From the IMG/VR virus record IMGVR_UViG_3300030397_000289, positions 1 through 38,551 of that record: a stretch of 38,551 bases of DNA. One strand, given 5' to 3'. This DNA is from a virus (lineage: Duplodnaviria > Caudoviricetes). The translations under genes and the position numbers were made by a program. Below the pieces are notes generated by a model, which saw nothing but the letters and a program-made list of their open reading frames with translations, was not told the origin of the DNA and made no database searches. Shown here one piece after another: positions 17,688 to 26,100 of the stretch (position 1 is its first letter; each line of letters opens with the position of its first letter).

Positions 17688-18001
17688 TAGAGGCAAGCCA
17701 AATATATATGACAATTATTGGCCTTCTTTTAGGGTGCATAGGCTGGCTGATTACCCATATAATCGTTACGCGCGGCAAATACTTTAGAAACATCAATGAG
17801 GCGCAGAAAAAGGGATTTAAGGAGGTCACAGAAGAATGGAAGCGCGAAATAGCTGCCAGTCGAAAGGGTCACGAGATGGCCGTAAAGGGCCTTATGGAAA
17901 TGATCGAAAAGCGCGACGAGCGCTGGCAGGAGCAGTTTAAAATGTTAGAGCAGCGTACTTATGAGCACGGAATCGAAATAGCAGGACTACGAAACAAATG
18001 A
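17684..18001 (+). CDS. Membrane-anchored coiled-coil protein (holin/antiholin-like, unassigned)
   Basis: N-terminal TM followed by coiled coil. Confidence 0.55.
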   Translation: MIEASQIYMTIIGLLLGCIGWLITHIIVTRGKYFRNINEAQKKGFKEVTEEWKREIAASRKGHEMAVKGLMEMIEKRDERWQEQFKMLEQRTYEHGIEIAGLRNK

Positions 18002-19380
18002 AAATAGGAGCTTTTGAAATAAAATTTACCAGGCGCAAGAACACCAACAACGCCAATGTGGATAGCCCTGAGTTCTGGCGCGCAATGATGGACGGGCTGG
18101 CCAAGCTGGCCACACCCATAGGAGCCACCAACGAGGTATATATTACCGACGGCTACTGCTACAACCCCACCGTATATGCCTGCGTCAACTACATAGCCGG
18201 CAAAATTGCTGGCCTGGAATGGCAGCTGTTTGAAGTGAAGGACGAAAAAGCCCTAAAGAGGTACAAGGCAGCCGTGGAGGCTGGAAACAATATGAACGTC
18301 TCCAAGTTCAAAAGCCAGGCACTCGAAGAGGTGGACGGCGAGCACGACCTACTTAAGCTTATCAAGCGGCCCAACCCTCTGCAGGGCAAGCAGGAATACT
18401 TCATGCAGCTTGTAGGGCACGAACTCATAACCGGCAATACGTACATGCTGAAGGCGGGACCCGATAACGGGGTAAACGCAGGCATACCTAAGCAGCTATA
18501 TGTTTTGCCCTCACAGATTACCACCCTGAAACTGGGAACAGCCACCCAGCCCATAGAGGGCTATTACGTGCAAAATGGTGAGGAGCAGGTGCGCTTTGAC
18601 CCTGCAGACATCTGCCATCTTAAGATGTGGAACCCTGGGGGTATGAGCTTTAACAGCGCAGAAAACTTTTACGGCATGAGCCCCATAAAAGCGGGTCGCA
18701 ACACCATAAGCGTGGACAACGACGGCATGCTGGCACTAATGACCATGTCTCGCAATATGGGCGTAAACGGCATGCTGGCACTCAAAGACCAGACGCCCGG
18801 ATTTAAGTTCGACGAGAAGAAAGCCCGCGAACTGGAAAACAAGTACTACCAGAAATACGGCACCCCTAAAAATGCGGGCAGGCTATGGGTAACACCAGGA
18901 ATATGGGAGTGGCACCAGATAGGCATGAGCCCTGTAGACCTGGGAATACTTCAAGCGGGCGTTACCAACATGCGCAACATCTGCAACCTGTACAACCTTA
19001 ATAGTTCGATCTTTAACGACCCCGACAATAAGGTGCACAACACCATGAAGGAGGCCAAAAAATCTGCGTGGCACGATGCCTGCGCACCCCATGCCAACAA
19101 CCTACGGGATGAGATGAACCGCTTTCTTGTGCCCCCATTTGAGGAAAGGGACAAGAAGGATTACTACCTCACCTACGACGAGCTGGCCATTATGGAAATC
19201 CAGGAGGACCTTGAAAAGCTGGTATCTATAGCTAAGGACGCCCACATGCTTACCCCCGACGAGCAGCGCGCAATGTTGGGACACGGCGCACTGGCCGATG
19301 AGTTCCCCGCAATGGGAGTGCCCCACATGCCTGCAAATCTTATCAGAGTAGACGAAGTTGACCCAGAACCGGAAGAATAG
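17998..19380 (+). CDS. Portal protein (HK97 family)
   Basis: VYACVNYIA, LL.LI.RPNP.Q, LITGN.Y, YGMSPI.A, IGMSP.D, LTPDEQRA.LG. Confidence 0.93.
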   Translation: MKIGAFEIKFTRRKNTNNANVDSPEFWRAMMDGLAKLATPIGATNEVYITDGYCYNPTVYACVNYIAGKIAGLEWQLFEVKDEKALKRYKAAVEAGNNMNVSKFKSQALEEVDGEHDLLKLIKRPNPLQGKQEYFMQLVGHELITGNTYMLKAGPDNGVNAGIPKQLYVLPSQITTLKLGTATQPIEGYYVQNGEEQVRFDPADICHLKMWNPGGMSFNSAENFYGMSPIKAGRNTISVDNDGMLALMTMSRNMGVNGMLALKDQTPGFKFDEKKARELENKYYQKYGTPKNAGRLWVTPGIWEWHQIGMSPVDLGILQAGVTNMRNICNLYNLNSSIFNDPDNKVHNTMKEAKKSAWHDACAPHANNLRDEMNRFLVPPFEERDKKDYYLTYDELAIMEIQEDLEKLVSIAKDAHMLTPDEQRAMLGHGALADEFPAMGVPHMPANLIRVDEVDPEPEE

Positions 19381-20158
19381 GACCCACTGGAAGCGCATCG
19401 ACAGGACGCGGGAAAACTTTATAAGGCGCTTTACTGTTCGTTTCACCATAGCCATAAACAAGGCAGGCAGGCCCCTACGTGACGCTGTGAAGAACGCAGG
19501 GAGCATAGAGGAGATTACGGGCGCCCTAGCACAAACACCCTTCAACAATGACCCGCTACTAAGCGAGATGGACAAGCTCTACCGCATTGTGGGTACCTTC
19601 TTTGTGGACGCGGTGGTGGAGGATCTTAAAAGTGAAGGTATGAACATGGAGCGGAAGGAGGTGCTGGACGTCAGCAACGAGCAGTTGGTAATGGAAATTG
19701 TGGACTATATACGCAGGGAAGGAGCGACAAAAGTTACCAGCATTACTGCCACCATACGCTCTATGATTCAATCGGAACTGGAAAAGGGCGTAGAAAAAGG
19801 GCTGGGCATAGATGAAATAAAGCGCAACCTACGTAAGCGGTGGAACACCCTAAGCCACTCCCGCGGAAAAATGATAGCCCGCACCGAGGTAATGACCGCC
19901 AGCAGCCAGGCAAGTGACGTAGGAGCCAAGGGAATAATGGACACTACCGGACTACGCTTGCGTAAGATATGGCTGGCCACACCGATAGGGAAGTACAGAA
20001 CTAACCATCTGGCCCTTGACGGTAAGGGGGTGGCTTTTGAAAGCACGTTTAATGTGGGTGGAGGTGTAGAGATGAAGCACCCTCACGACCCTACAGCGCC
20101 AGCGGGTGAAATAATCAATTGCCGCTGCTCCATAAGATATATGCCGCTTAGACCTTGA
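19358..20158 (+). CDS. Head morphogenesis protein (SPP1 gp7/Mu gpF-like); start uncertain
   Basis: IARTE, K.W, R..H..LDG, F.VG, P.DP......INCRC. Confidence 0.88.
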   Translation: MTQNRKNRTHWKRIDRTRENFIRRFTVRFTIAINKAGRPLRDAVKNAGSIEEITGALAQTPFNNDPLLSEMDKLYRIVGTFFVDAVVEDLKSEGMNMERKEVLDVSNEQLVMEIVDYIRREGATKVTSITATIRSMIQSELEKGVEKGLGIDEIKRNLRKRWNTLSHSRGKMIARTEVMTASSQASDVGAKGIMDTTGLRLRKIWLATPIGKYRTNHLALDGKGVAFESTFNVGGGVEMKHPHDPTAPAGEIINCRCSIRYMPLRP

Positions 20159-20185
20159 CAACAGGTAACTATTGGCCTATTTTTA
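20154..20185 (+). promoter_or_regulatory. Promoter of moron-like gene inside the head module
   Basis: CTTG-N20-TATTTTTA (TTGACA-N17-TATTTT); same -7 box as 10098. Confidence 0.6.
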
Positions 20186-20190
20186 TTCCA

Positions 20191-20436
20191 ATGAAAACAT
20201 ATCTGAAAAACTTTAAATGTGCTGCACTACTTCTGCTGGCTGTGTGTATATGGACAGCAGGAATACTCGCCACCGCCATGCTTATGCCCTCGGAGCCTAA
20301 AGGGTGGCAAATAGTTCTATTCAGCGTTTACCTGTTCCTGTTTTTGTGCGGCACCGTAGCGGGCACAATAACCTTAGAACCTAGGGATCCATGTCGAAAC
20401 CGTCCAAAAAGGCCAGGCTATTCTTCAAAGAAATAG
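20191..20436 (+). CDS. Small 2-TM membrane protein (moron-like)
   Basis: ATG 20191; two hydrophobic helices. Confidence 0.6.
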   Translation: MKTYLKNFKCAALLLLAVCIWTAGILATAMLMPSEPKGWQIVLFSVYLFLFLCGTVAGTITLEPRDPCRNRPKRPGYSSKK

Positions 20437-20720
20437 CCAAGAAGCTGCCCCTTACCACCACCGACAGCCAGTATGACGAGGTATACACCGGCGAAGTGCT
20501 TAAGCTTGCTGGGCACACCGAGATTGACGGGAAGCCCATAGAGGACGAGAAAAAGTACCTGGTGCCCAACCTGTTACTTATCGAGGACAGGCACGTGAGA
20601 AGGATGCGCAGGCGATACAAGAAGTACGGCAAAAAGGGCGTAGTAAAATACCTTATGGAGTTCATGAAGGAGGATAGCCGCTCCTGGGTAGTTGCCAATG
20701 TGGACAAATTTTGTAATTAA
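20391..20720 (+). CDS. Hypothetical basic protein
   Basis: 109-aa ORF; H.RRM.R.YKK.G..GV..Y. Confidence 0.65.
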   Translation: MSKPSKKARLFFKEIAKKLPLTTTDSQYDEVYTGEVLKLAGHTEIDGKPIEDEKKYLVPNLLLIEDRHVRRMRRRYKKYGKKGVVKYLMEFMKEDSRSWVVANVDKFCN

Positions 20721-20741
20721 CGATAGTTTGTTATAGCTTTG
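20710..20741 (+). promoter_or_regulatory. Consensus Bacteroidota promoter upstream of protease-capsid operon
   Basis: TTTG(20710-13)-N20-TAGCTTTG(20734-41). Confidence 0.75.
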
Positions 20742-20777
20742 TGGTAATCCATTCGAAAGATATACTACAACGATGAA

Positions 20778-21482
20778 GTGAATCTTTTAAAATTTGGCCA
20801 TGACATAGCCAATTCAGTTAAAGACGTTGACGTACAGAACCGTAAAGTTGATGTCTACCTTGCCCACTTCGATAGTATAGACTCAGACAACGAATTTTTT
20901 TCCAAGGGCGCATTCACCAAATCCATTCAGGAAAACGGACCTAACAGCGAGAAAAAGCGCATAAAGCACCTTATGCAGCACGACACCTGGCGGCCTGTGG
21001 GCACCTACGATGAGCTCAAGGAAGATAGCATAGGATTACGTGCAGTAATCAACATCCCCGACACAACCGAGGGGGTGAACCTAGTAAAAAATTATGAAGC
21101 CGGCGTATTTAGTGAGCACTCCATAGGCTTTGGATTTATCAAAGACAAGTACAAGCTCCACGAGGATGGGGTGGGCGAGTTTTTGGAAGTAAAGCTTTTT
21201 GAGGGTTCCACCGTCACCTGGGGGGCCAACGCCAACACGCCGGTAAACGATATCAAGAGCCTTAAGAGCGAGGACGTACTGCTACTTATGGGAAATGTGC
21301 AGCACGCTATCAAGCGCGGCACCTTTTCCGACAGTATGTTTGTCGAACTCTATAAACTCTTAGATGAATTGCAGCTACATATTAAGTCACTGGAAATTGA
21401 CGGAGCCGGGTTTGAAAAGTCCACTTCTGATTTGTCAGCCGAAGAAATGATAGAAGCAATCAAATGCAACATTGATTTTTAA
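20778..21482 (+). CDS. Prohead protease (HK97/U35 family)
   Basis: Y.A.F...DSD.E....GAF.KSI, L.QHD, EDS.GL, SIGF, EVKLFE.S.VT.GAN. Confidence 0.93.
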   Translation: MNLLKFGHDIANSVKDVDVQNRKVDVYLAHFDSIDSDNEFFSKGAFTKSIQENGPNSEKKRIKHLMQHDTWRPVGTYDELKEDSIGLRAVINIPDTTEGVNLVKNYEAGVFSEHSIGFGFIKDKYKLHEDGVGEFLEVKLFEGSTVTWGANANTPVNDIKSLKSEDVLLLMGNVQHAIKRGTFSDSMFVELYKLLDELQLHIKSLEIDGAGFEKSTSDLSAEEMIEAIKCNIDF

Positions 21483-21500
21483 TTCTTACCATTAATTGAA

Positions 21501-22679
21501 ATGACACCAGAAGAAATAAAAAAGGAAATTGAACAGATCTCGGAAGGAATCGACGAGCGCATAAAAGCCACCGAGGACATGGTGAAAAGCGGCGAGGGAA
21601 TTACCGAGGGGATTAAAGAGCAGATTACTGAACTGGTAGAGAAGTTTGAGAAGAAGCAGGAGCAGTTAGACCAGTTGGAGGCTTCACTGAAGAAGTTTGG
21701 AACGCCAGCCCAGAACCTTAAAACGTTCGGGGATCTACTGAAGGAAAGCCTGGAAGGGTCGGACCAGTGGAAAGCGAAGAAGCGAGGAGTATTTAACCTT
21801 AAGGCCCCGGCCACGATGCTGGAAAGCTCCCACCTCACAGGGGATGTAGTGGAGCCAGACAGGGTACCAGGGATCTACAAGGACCCCGAGCGCAACGTTC
21901 GGATAAGGTCGTTAATACCTACTACGCCCACAAAGTCCAACAGCATTAGGTTTATTCAGGAGCAGAACTACGAAGATGGAGCGGCCACCACATCAGAGGG
22001 TGCGCAGTTTACGCAGTCTGATTTCGATCTTGCCGAGGTCAGCGTACAAGTTGAGAAAATCGCCACCTACTTCAAGTGCTCTAACGAGCTGCTAGAAGAT
22101 ATTCCTGGCCTGGCTGGCTATATCGGACAGCGAGGAGGCGCGAAGCTCAAGCAAAAGGAAGATACGCAGATCTTGCACGGTGATGGGTCAAGCCCTAACC
22201 TGGACGGACTGGTAACGCAGGCTACCGCCTTCTCCACCTCCACAAGCGTAACTGAAGGACATTTGCTAGACGTTCTAGCCCTTGCCGTATCGCAGGCTAA
22301 GATTGCAGAATACATGCCTACGGCCATTATCTGTAACCCTGCGGACACTGAGGGTATTTATGTTGCTAAGGACGGCGATAAGAGGTATTTGCACCCATGG
22401 ACATACACCAACAGCCCTATTACTGTTATGGGTGTGCCCGTGATCGAGTCTACGGCCATTACCGCTGACAACTTCCTTGTAGGAGACTTCAGGCGCGCAT
22501 GCCAGCTCTTTGACAAGCGACAGCTTCAAGTAGAGTTTACCGACAGCAACGAGGATGACTTCGAGAAGGATCTTGTTACTATCCGGGTTAGTGAAAGGCT
22601 GGCTCTGGCGGTATACAATACCACGTCATTTATTACCGGGGTTATCTCTACTCAAATCGGTAATATTACCCTAAGCTAA
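21501..22679 (+). CDS. Major capsid protein (HK97 fold with N-terminal delta domain)
   Basis: N-terminal coiled coil; EG, KIA.....S.ELLED, ED.QIL.GDG....L.G, NP.D, G.PV, GDF, F.KDLVTIR..ERLAL. Confidence 0.95.
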   Translation: MTPEEIKKEIEQISEGIDERIKATEDMVKSGEGITEGIKEQITELVEKFEKKQEQLDQLEASLKKFGTPAQNLKTFGDLLKESLEGSDQWKAKKRGVFNLKAPATMLESSHLTGDVVEPDRVPGIYKDPERNVRIRSLIPTTPTKSNSIRFIQEQNYEDGAATTSEGAQFTQSDFDLAEVSVQVEKIATYFKCSNELLEDIPGLAGYIGQRGGAKLKQKEDTQILHGDGSSPNLDGLVTQATAFSTSTSVTEGHLLDVLALAVSQAKIAEYMPTAIICNPADTEGIYVAKDGDKRYLHPWTYTNSPITVMGVPVIESTAITADNFLVGDFRRACQLFDKRQLQVEFTDSNEDDFEKDLVTIRVSERLALAVYNTTSFITGVISTQIGNITLS

Positions 22680-22715
22680 GGCTAGGCCCAGGCTTTTGAT
22701 AAAAGTACATTTTCA

Positions 22716-22751
22716 GAAGGGGCGGGGCCAAAGCAACCCTGCCCCTTTTTT
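22716..22751 (+). terminator. Intrinsic terminator after capsid gene
   Basis: GAAGGGGCGGGG...CCCTGCCCCTT followed by T-tract. Confidence 0.75.
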
Positions 22752-22776
22752 GTATAACTCTAAAGAATTAAAGAAA

Positions 22777-22956
22777 ATGGCAGAAGCTAAGAAATTTAAA
22801 TGCGGCAGGCCCTTGGAAACGAGCAGCAAAAGCTACAAGGTGGGCGATCAAATCCTTGCCAAAGATGTGAAGAACTACAGTAAAGGAAAACTTGCGCACT
22901 TTGTTGAGCGCGGGATACTTGTTCCTGTAGCGGTGAAGAAGAAAAAGAAGAAATAG
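22777..22956 (+). CDS. Small head-module accessory protein
   Basis: ATG 22777; YKVGD.I......L...V.RGIL.PV plus poly-Lys tail, typical of small ORFs after capsid genes. Confidence 0.65.
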   Translation: MAEAKKFKCGRPLETSSKSYKVGDQILAKDVKNYSKGKLAHFVERGILVPVAVKKKKKK

Positions 22957-22965
22957 CCTTAAGCT

Positions 22966-23571
22966 ATGAGCATCTTAAAATTTGACTTTTATGTACCCTT
23001 CTACTCCGATGTGGTGGAGGACACCGCCCCAGCAGGGGAACCCATCACTAAGAGTGAGGCCAAAGCCTACGTGGGCATAAAGCACGATGATCACGACGAC
23101 ATAGTGCTGCTAAAGATTGAGGCCGCACGTCGCATTGTGGAGAAGGAGATAAACAAGTCAATCATTAACAGGGTGCTCATAGCTAAGTTTATGGGCTACG
23201 AGACGGAGCACCCCCTACCCCTGGGACCGGTAACAGCCATTAACAGCGTTAAGCGAGTGGTAAATGCCGTAGAAACTACCCTTACTGAGGGTACCGACTA
23301 CCGCGTACAGGGTTACCAGTACGACAAAATGATTAAGGTAAACAAGTTCTACAATATCAGCGGCCTATACATGCCTGAGATCCACGTAAACTACAATGCG
23401 GGCATGGGTGCCGACAGCGACAACATCCGGGCGGACGTTAAGGATGCCGTGCTGGAAACCTTTAAGGAGCTTTGGAATGCCCGTGACGACTTCGAGGACC
23501 AGAAAACACTACCCCCCGCCACAGAGAAGGTTAAGCGCATGCTTTCCGACCTTTACGACTACGGGCTATAA
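22966..23571 (+). CDS. Head-tail connector (gp6-like adaptor)
   Basis: EPIT.SEAK.Y......D.D......I.AAR..VE, LP.GPV..I.SV, Y.AG. Confidence 0.85.
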   Translation: MSILKFDFYVPFYSDVVEDTAPAGEPITKSEAKAYVGIKHDDHDDIVLLKIEAARRIVEKEINKSIINRVLIAKFMGYETEHPLPLGPVTAINSVKRVVNAVETTLTEGTDYRVQGYQYDKMIKVNKFYNISGLYMPEIHVNYNAGMGADSDNIRADVKDAVLETFKELWNARDDFEDQKTLPPATEKVKRMLSDLYDYGL

Positions 23572-23573
23572 TT

Positions 23574-23879
23574 ATGAATGATAAGGCAGTTTTCACAGAA
23601 ACGACAGGCACCGCAGACGGCTACGGCGGGCAGACTGCCACCGATAAGGTCATAGAAACCATGTACGGCCACCTGACCGACGAGGAGGTGAAGGAGGAGG
23701 AGGGCCAAAATGTGGGCATGGTAATGTTTAGTGCCAGGAAGCGACCCTGGACAAGCTGGTTGAAAAAGCTAAAAAGCATGAAGGTGCGCTTTAATGATGA
23801 CAGCGACAAGGTTTACCACCTCAGGGAATACAAGATAAAGGGCAGGCGTATAATCTTTAAATGCTACCGCAATGAGTAA
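23574..23879 (+). CDS. Head closure/stopper protein
   Basis: T.DGYGG motif; position. Confidence 0.7.
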   Translation: MNDKAVFTETTGTADGYGGQTATDKVIETMYGHLTDEEVKEEEGQNVGMVMFSARKRPWTSWLKKLKSMKVRFNDDSDKVYHLREYKIKGRRIIFKCYRNE

Positions 23880-24204
23880 GGTGAGCGTGACCATAAGGAC
23901 CAATGCGGCCATGAAAAGGCTAATGGCGGGCATGCCTGACGTTTTACCTAAGATAAGGGTGGAAGTTAACCGAACCGCGTTGTTGGTACATGGGGAGGCT
24001 AGAAAGCGGGCGCCTGTGCGTACCGGACGCCTGCGGGCTTCCACCACCCCCCACACAAACCTGCCAGACATGACAGCAGAAGTAAGGGTACATGTCAACT
24101 ACGCGATATACAACGAGGCGAGGAAGGCATTTTTAAAACCTTCAGCAGACAAGTACCGCCGGGCCTTTGTTCAGGAGATTAAAAATATACTGACAGGAAG
24201 ATGA
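23872..24204 (+). CDS. HK97 gp10-like neck/tail component
   Basis: A...APVRTGRLRAS, YA.Y.E, FL.P. Confidence 0.85.
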   Translation: MSKVSVTIRTNAAMKRLMAGMPDVLPKIRVEVNRTALLVHGEARKRAPVRTGRLRASTTPHTNLPDMTAEVRVHVNYAIYNEARKAFLKPSADKYRRAFVQEIKNILTGR

Positions 24205-24623
24205 AGGAGCCAGGCAAATACATAAGGAAACAGATAGCCACGGCGCTGGCCAGCATAACCTACAACAGCGTGGCGGTGCCCTTCTATGATCATCCTACCG
24301 ACGATAGCAACACCACCCACCATATATTTGTCAGCAACTACAGCGCCCAGCAGAATCATGTGAAGGACGCCAACCTTTACCAGGTAAGTGTGTCGCTCAC
24401 GGTGTCCACCTTTTTCGACACCCCCAACATTGCACAGCAGTTGATAGCCGATACGATCGCCGACAGCGTGCTTACCGCCCTGGCCACCGATTTAGATTTG
24501 TCGCCAGATTTCGATAATATTGTACAACTGTTTAACGCCTCCTTTGATGCCAAGGGCAAGCGGGGAAAAATGGTTGAGTATGCGAAAGTATTGCAGTATG
24601 AGTTTACAGTAGAAGAACTTTAA
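24201..24623 (+). CDS. Tail terminator/completion protein
   Basis: Position between gp10-like gene and tail tube; VP.YD motif. Confidence 0.65.
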   Translation: MKEPGKYIRKQIATALASITYNSVAVPFYDHPTDDSNTTHHIFVSNYSAQQNHVKDANLYQVSVSLTVSTFFDTPNIAQQLIADTIADSVLTALATDLDLSPDFDNIVQLFNASFDAKGKRGKMVEYAKVLQYEFTVEEL

Positions 24624-24626
24624 CGA

Positions 24627-24935
24627 ATGTCAACAGTTATGGCAACATTAAAAGAATACCGAGTAATTAAAGATTACACCACCGAGGACGGCAAGAGGAC
24701 CTACCGGAAAGGTACCGCTGGAATGATGCGGGGCGAAAGGTTGGAGGAGCTTCTAAAGGCCAAGGTGATTAAACCCGTATATGTTGTGGACGACAAAGAC
24801 CTGGAAGAAATGGTAAAGCCTCAGGAAGAGGAGCCTAAAAAAAGGAAAGTAAGACCAAGCGCACCACCAAGGAGGCTAAAAATCTTGAGGGGCGCCAGAC
24901 CAAAGAAGAACATTAACCAAATCCGAAACACTTAA
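24627..24935 (+). CDS. Small accessory structural-module protein
   Basis: YRVIKDY...G...Y.KG.......ER.EELL...VI pattern with basic tail. Confidence 0.6.
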   Translation: MSTVMATLKEYRVIKDYTTEDGKRTYRKGTAGMMRGERLEELLKAKVIKPVYVVDDKDLEEMVKPQEEEPKKRKVRPSAPPRRLKILRGARPKKNINQIRNT

Positions 24936-24947
24936 CTTTAAAAAACA

Positions 24948-25358
24948 ATGACTAAAGTTAATGGCCAGCTAATGGCGGTAGATGTGGATGGGGACGACAT
25001 AGGGTCTACCCGTTCATGTACTCTAACCATTAACCAAGCTACCGAGGACATTACCACCAAAGATAGCGGTTACTGGGAAGAGCATATGGCTACACTCAAA
25101 AATGCGAATGTAGCCTTTAACGGGTTGAAGGACCCAGCGAACACGTACAATGCTGAAGAACTCCTGGACTTGATCCTGGACAACACCAACAGTTCTACAG
25201 TGCTGTTTCAACCGGCCAGCCCGGTTACTAATGATGTGCTTTTGTCGATGACAGCCACTTTAGAAAGTCACGAGGAAGTAGCGGACAATATGGTGCCCGT
25301 TGCTATCTCCGGTAATTTTAAGTGTAACGGTCAGCCCACCAAAACGGTGCAGACCTAA
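24948..25358 (+). CDS. Major tail (tube) protein
   Basis: I.....CTL.I.....D.T.KDS..W.E....K, F...G.P. Confidence 0.85.
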   Translation: MTKVNGQLMAVDVDGDDIGSTRSCTLTINQATEDITTKDSGYWEEHMATLKNANVAFNGLKDPANTYNAEELLDLILDNTNSSTVLFQPASPVTNDVLLSMTATLESHEEVADNMVPVAISGNFKCNGQPTKTVQT

Positions 25359-25744
25359 TGGACAAAACAGTTGTAAAGCTAGGTGGCGTCAAAAGAACCA
25401 TAAACTATGGTATATATACTTTTTGGCGCTACGATCAGGACCACGAGGAGGGCGCAGCGCTCGGCCTCATAGGTAACGTGATGACAGCCACAATAGAGCT
25501 TACCTTCTACGGGCTTACCGACCCCGATTTGATGGAGGCTAACGAATTACCGGAGGATTTCGATAAGGGAACCGTGGCCAAGTGGTTAAACGATCCTAAA
25601 ACGCTGGAAGAGTGCGCAGTGCACTTATTTGAAAGCGTAAAGGAGCAGACGGCCGTTTACAATGGGGAGAAGCTGAAGAAGAAGCTGCAGGGGATAATTC
25701 AAACCGTGGTAAGCGAGAAGACGCCTTCAACTGGGGGCAGTTAA
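25358..25744 (+). CDS. Tail assembly chaperone (gpG-like)
   Basis: Position between tube and tape measure genes. Confidence 0.7.
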   Translation: MDKTVVKLGGVKRTINYGIYTFWRYDQDHEEGAALGLIGNVMTATIELTFYGLTDPDLMEANELPEDFDKGTVAKWLNDPKTLEECAVHLFESVKEQTAVYNGEKLKKKLQGIIQTVVSEKTPSTGGS

Positions 25745-26100
25745 TACGCACCGCAGCGCGGTACGGCCTAACCTGGGACCAGTTAAAAGCCATGAGCTGG
25801 TATACTTACCGGCTTTATTGGGAAGGTCGCGAAATGGCCATGGAGCTAGAAGTAGAGGAGCCAGCACGTAAGCTGCTGGGAGCCATACTTAGGGTGGAGA
25901 AGGAGGCCGACCTATTGCAGGCTTGGCCGCTGAGGTTGGACAGCTATAGAAAAGCTTTCCGCAGCACCATAGGCAGCTCGCAGGCATACATCCCGGAGAT
26001 GACCCCGGAGGAGTGGTACGAGCATAGAATGAAGCTATACAGGCAGAAAAAGAAGGCAGGGCTTAAGGCCAACAAGCCGAAGAAGCCGAAAGGAATATGA
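25633..26100 (+). CDS. Tail assembly chaperone, second part (gpT-like; probably reached by -1 frameshift; first ATG at 25792)
   Basis: -1 frame open from 25633; ...ARYGLTWDQLKAMSWYTY.. chaperone-like motif starts upstream of the ATG. Confidence 0.55.
   Translation, partial: KRKGADGRLQWGEAEEEAAGDNSNRGKREDAFNWGQLIRTAARYGLTWDQLKAMSWYTYRLYWEGREMAMELEVEEPARKLLGAILRVEKEADLLQAWPLRLDSYRKAFRSTIGSSQAYIPEMTPEEWYEHRMKLYRQKKKAGLKANKPKKPKGI

Noticed and set aside
22696-22776. ORF-track N-terminal extension of the post-capsid gene
   Set aside because: Runs through the terminator hairpin; ATG 22777 with an A-rich leader is more plausible
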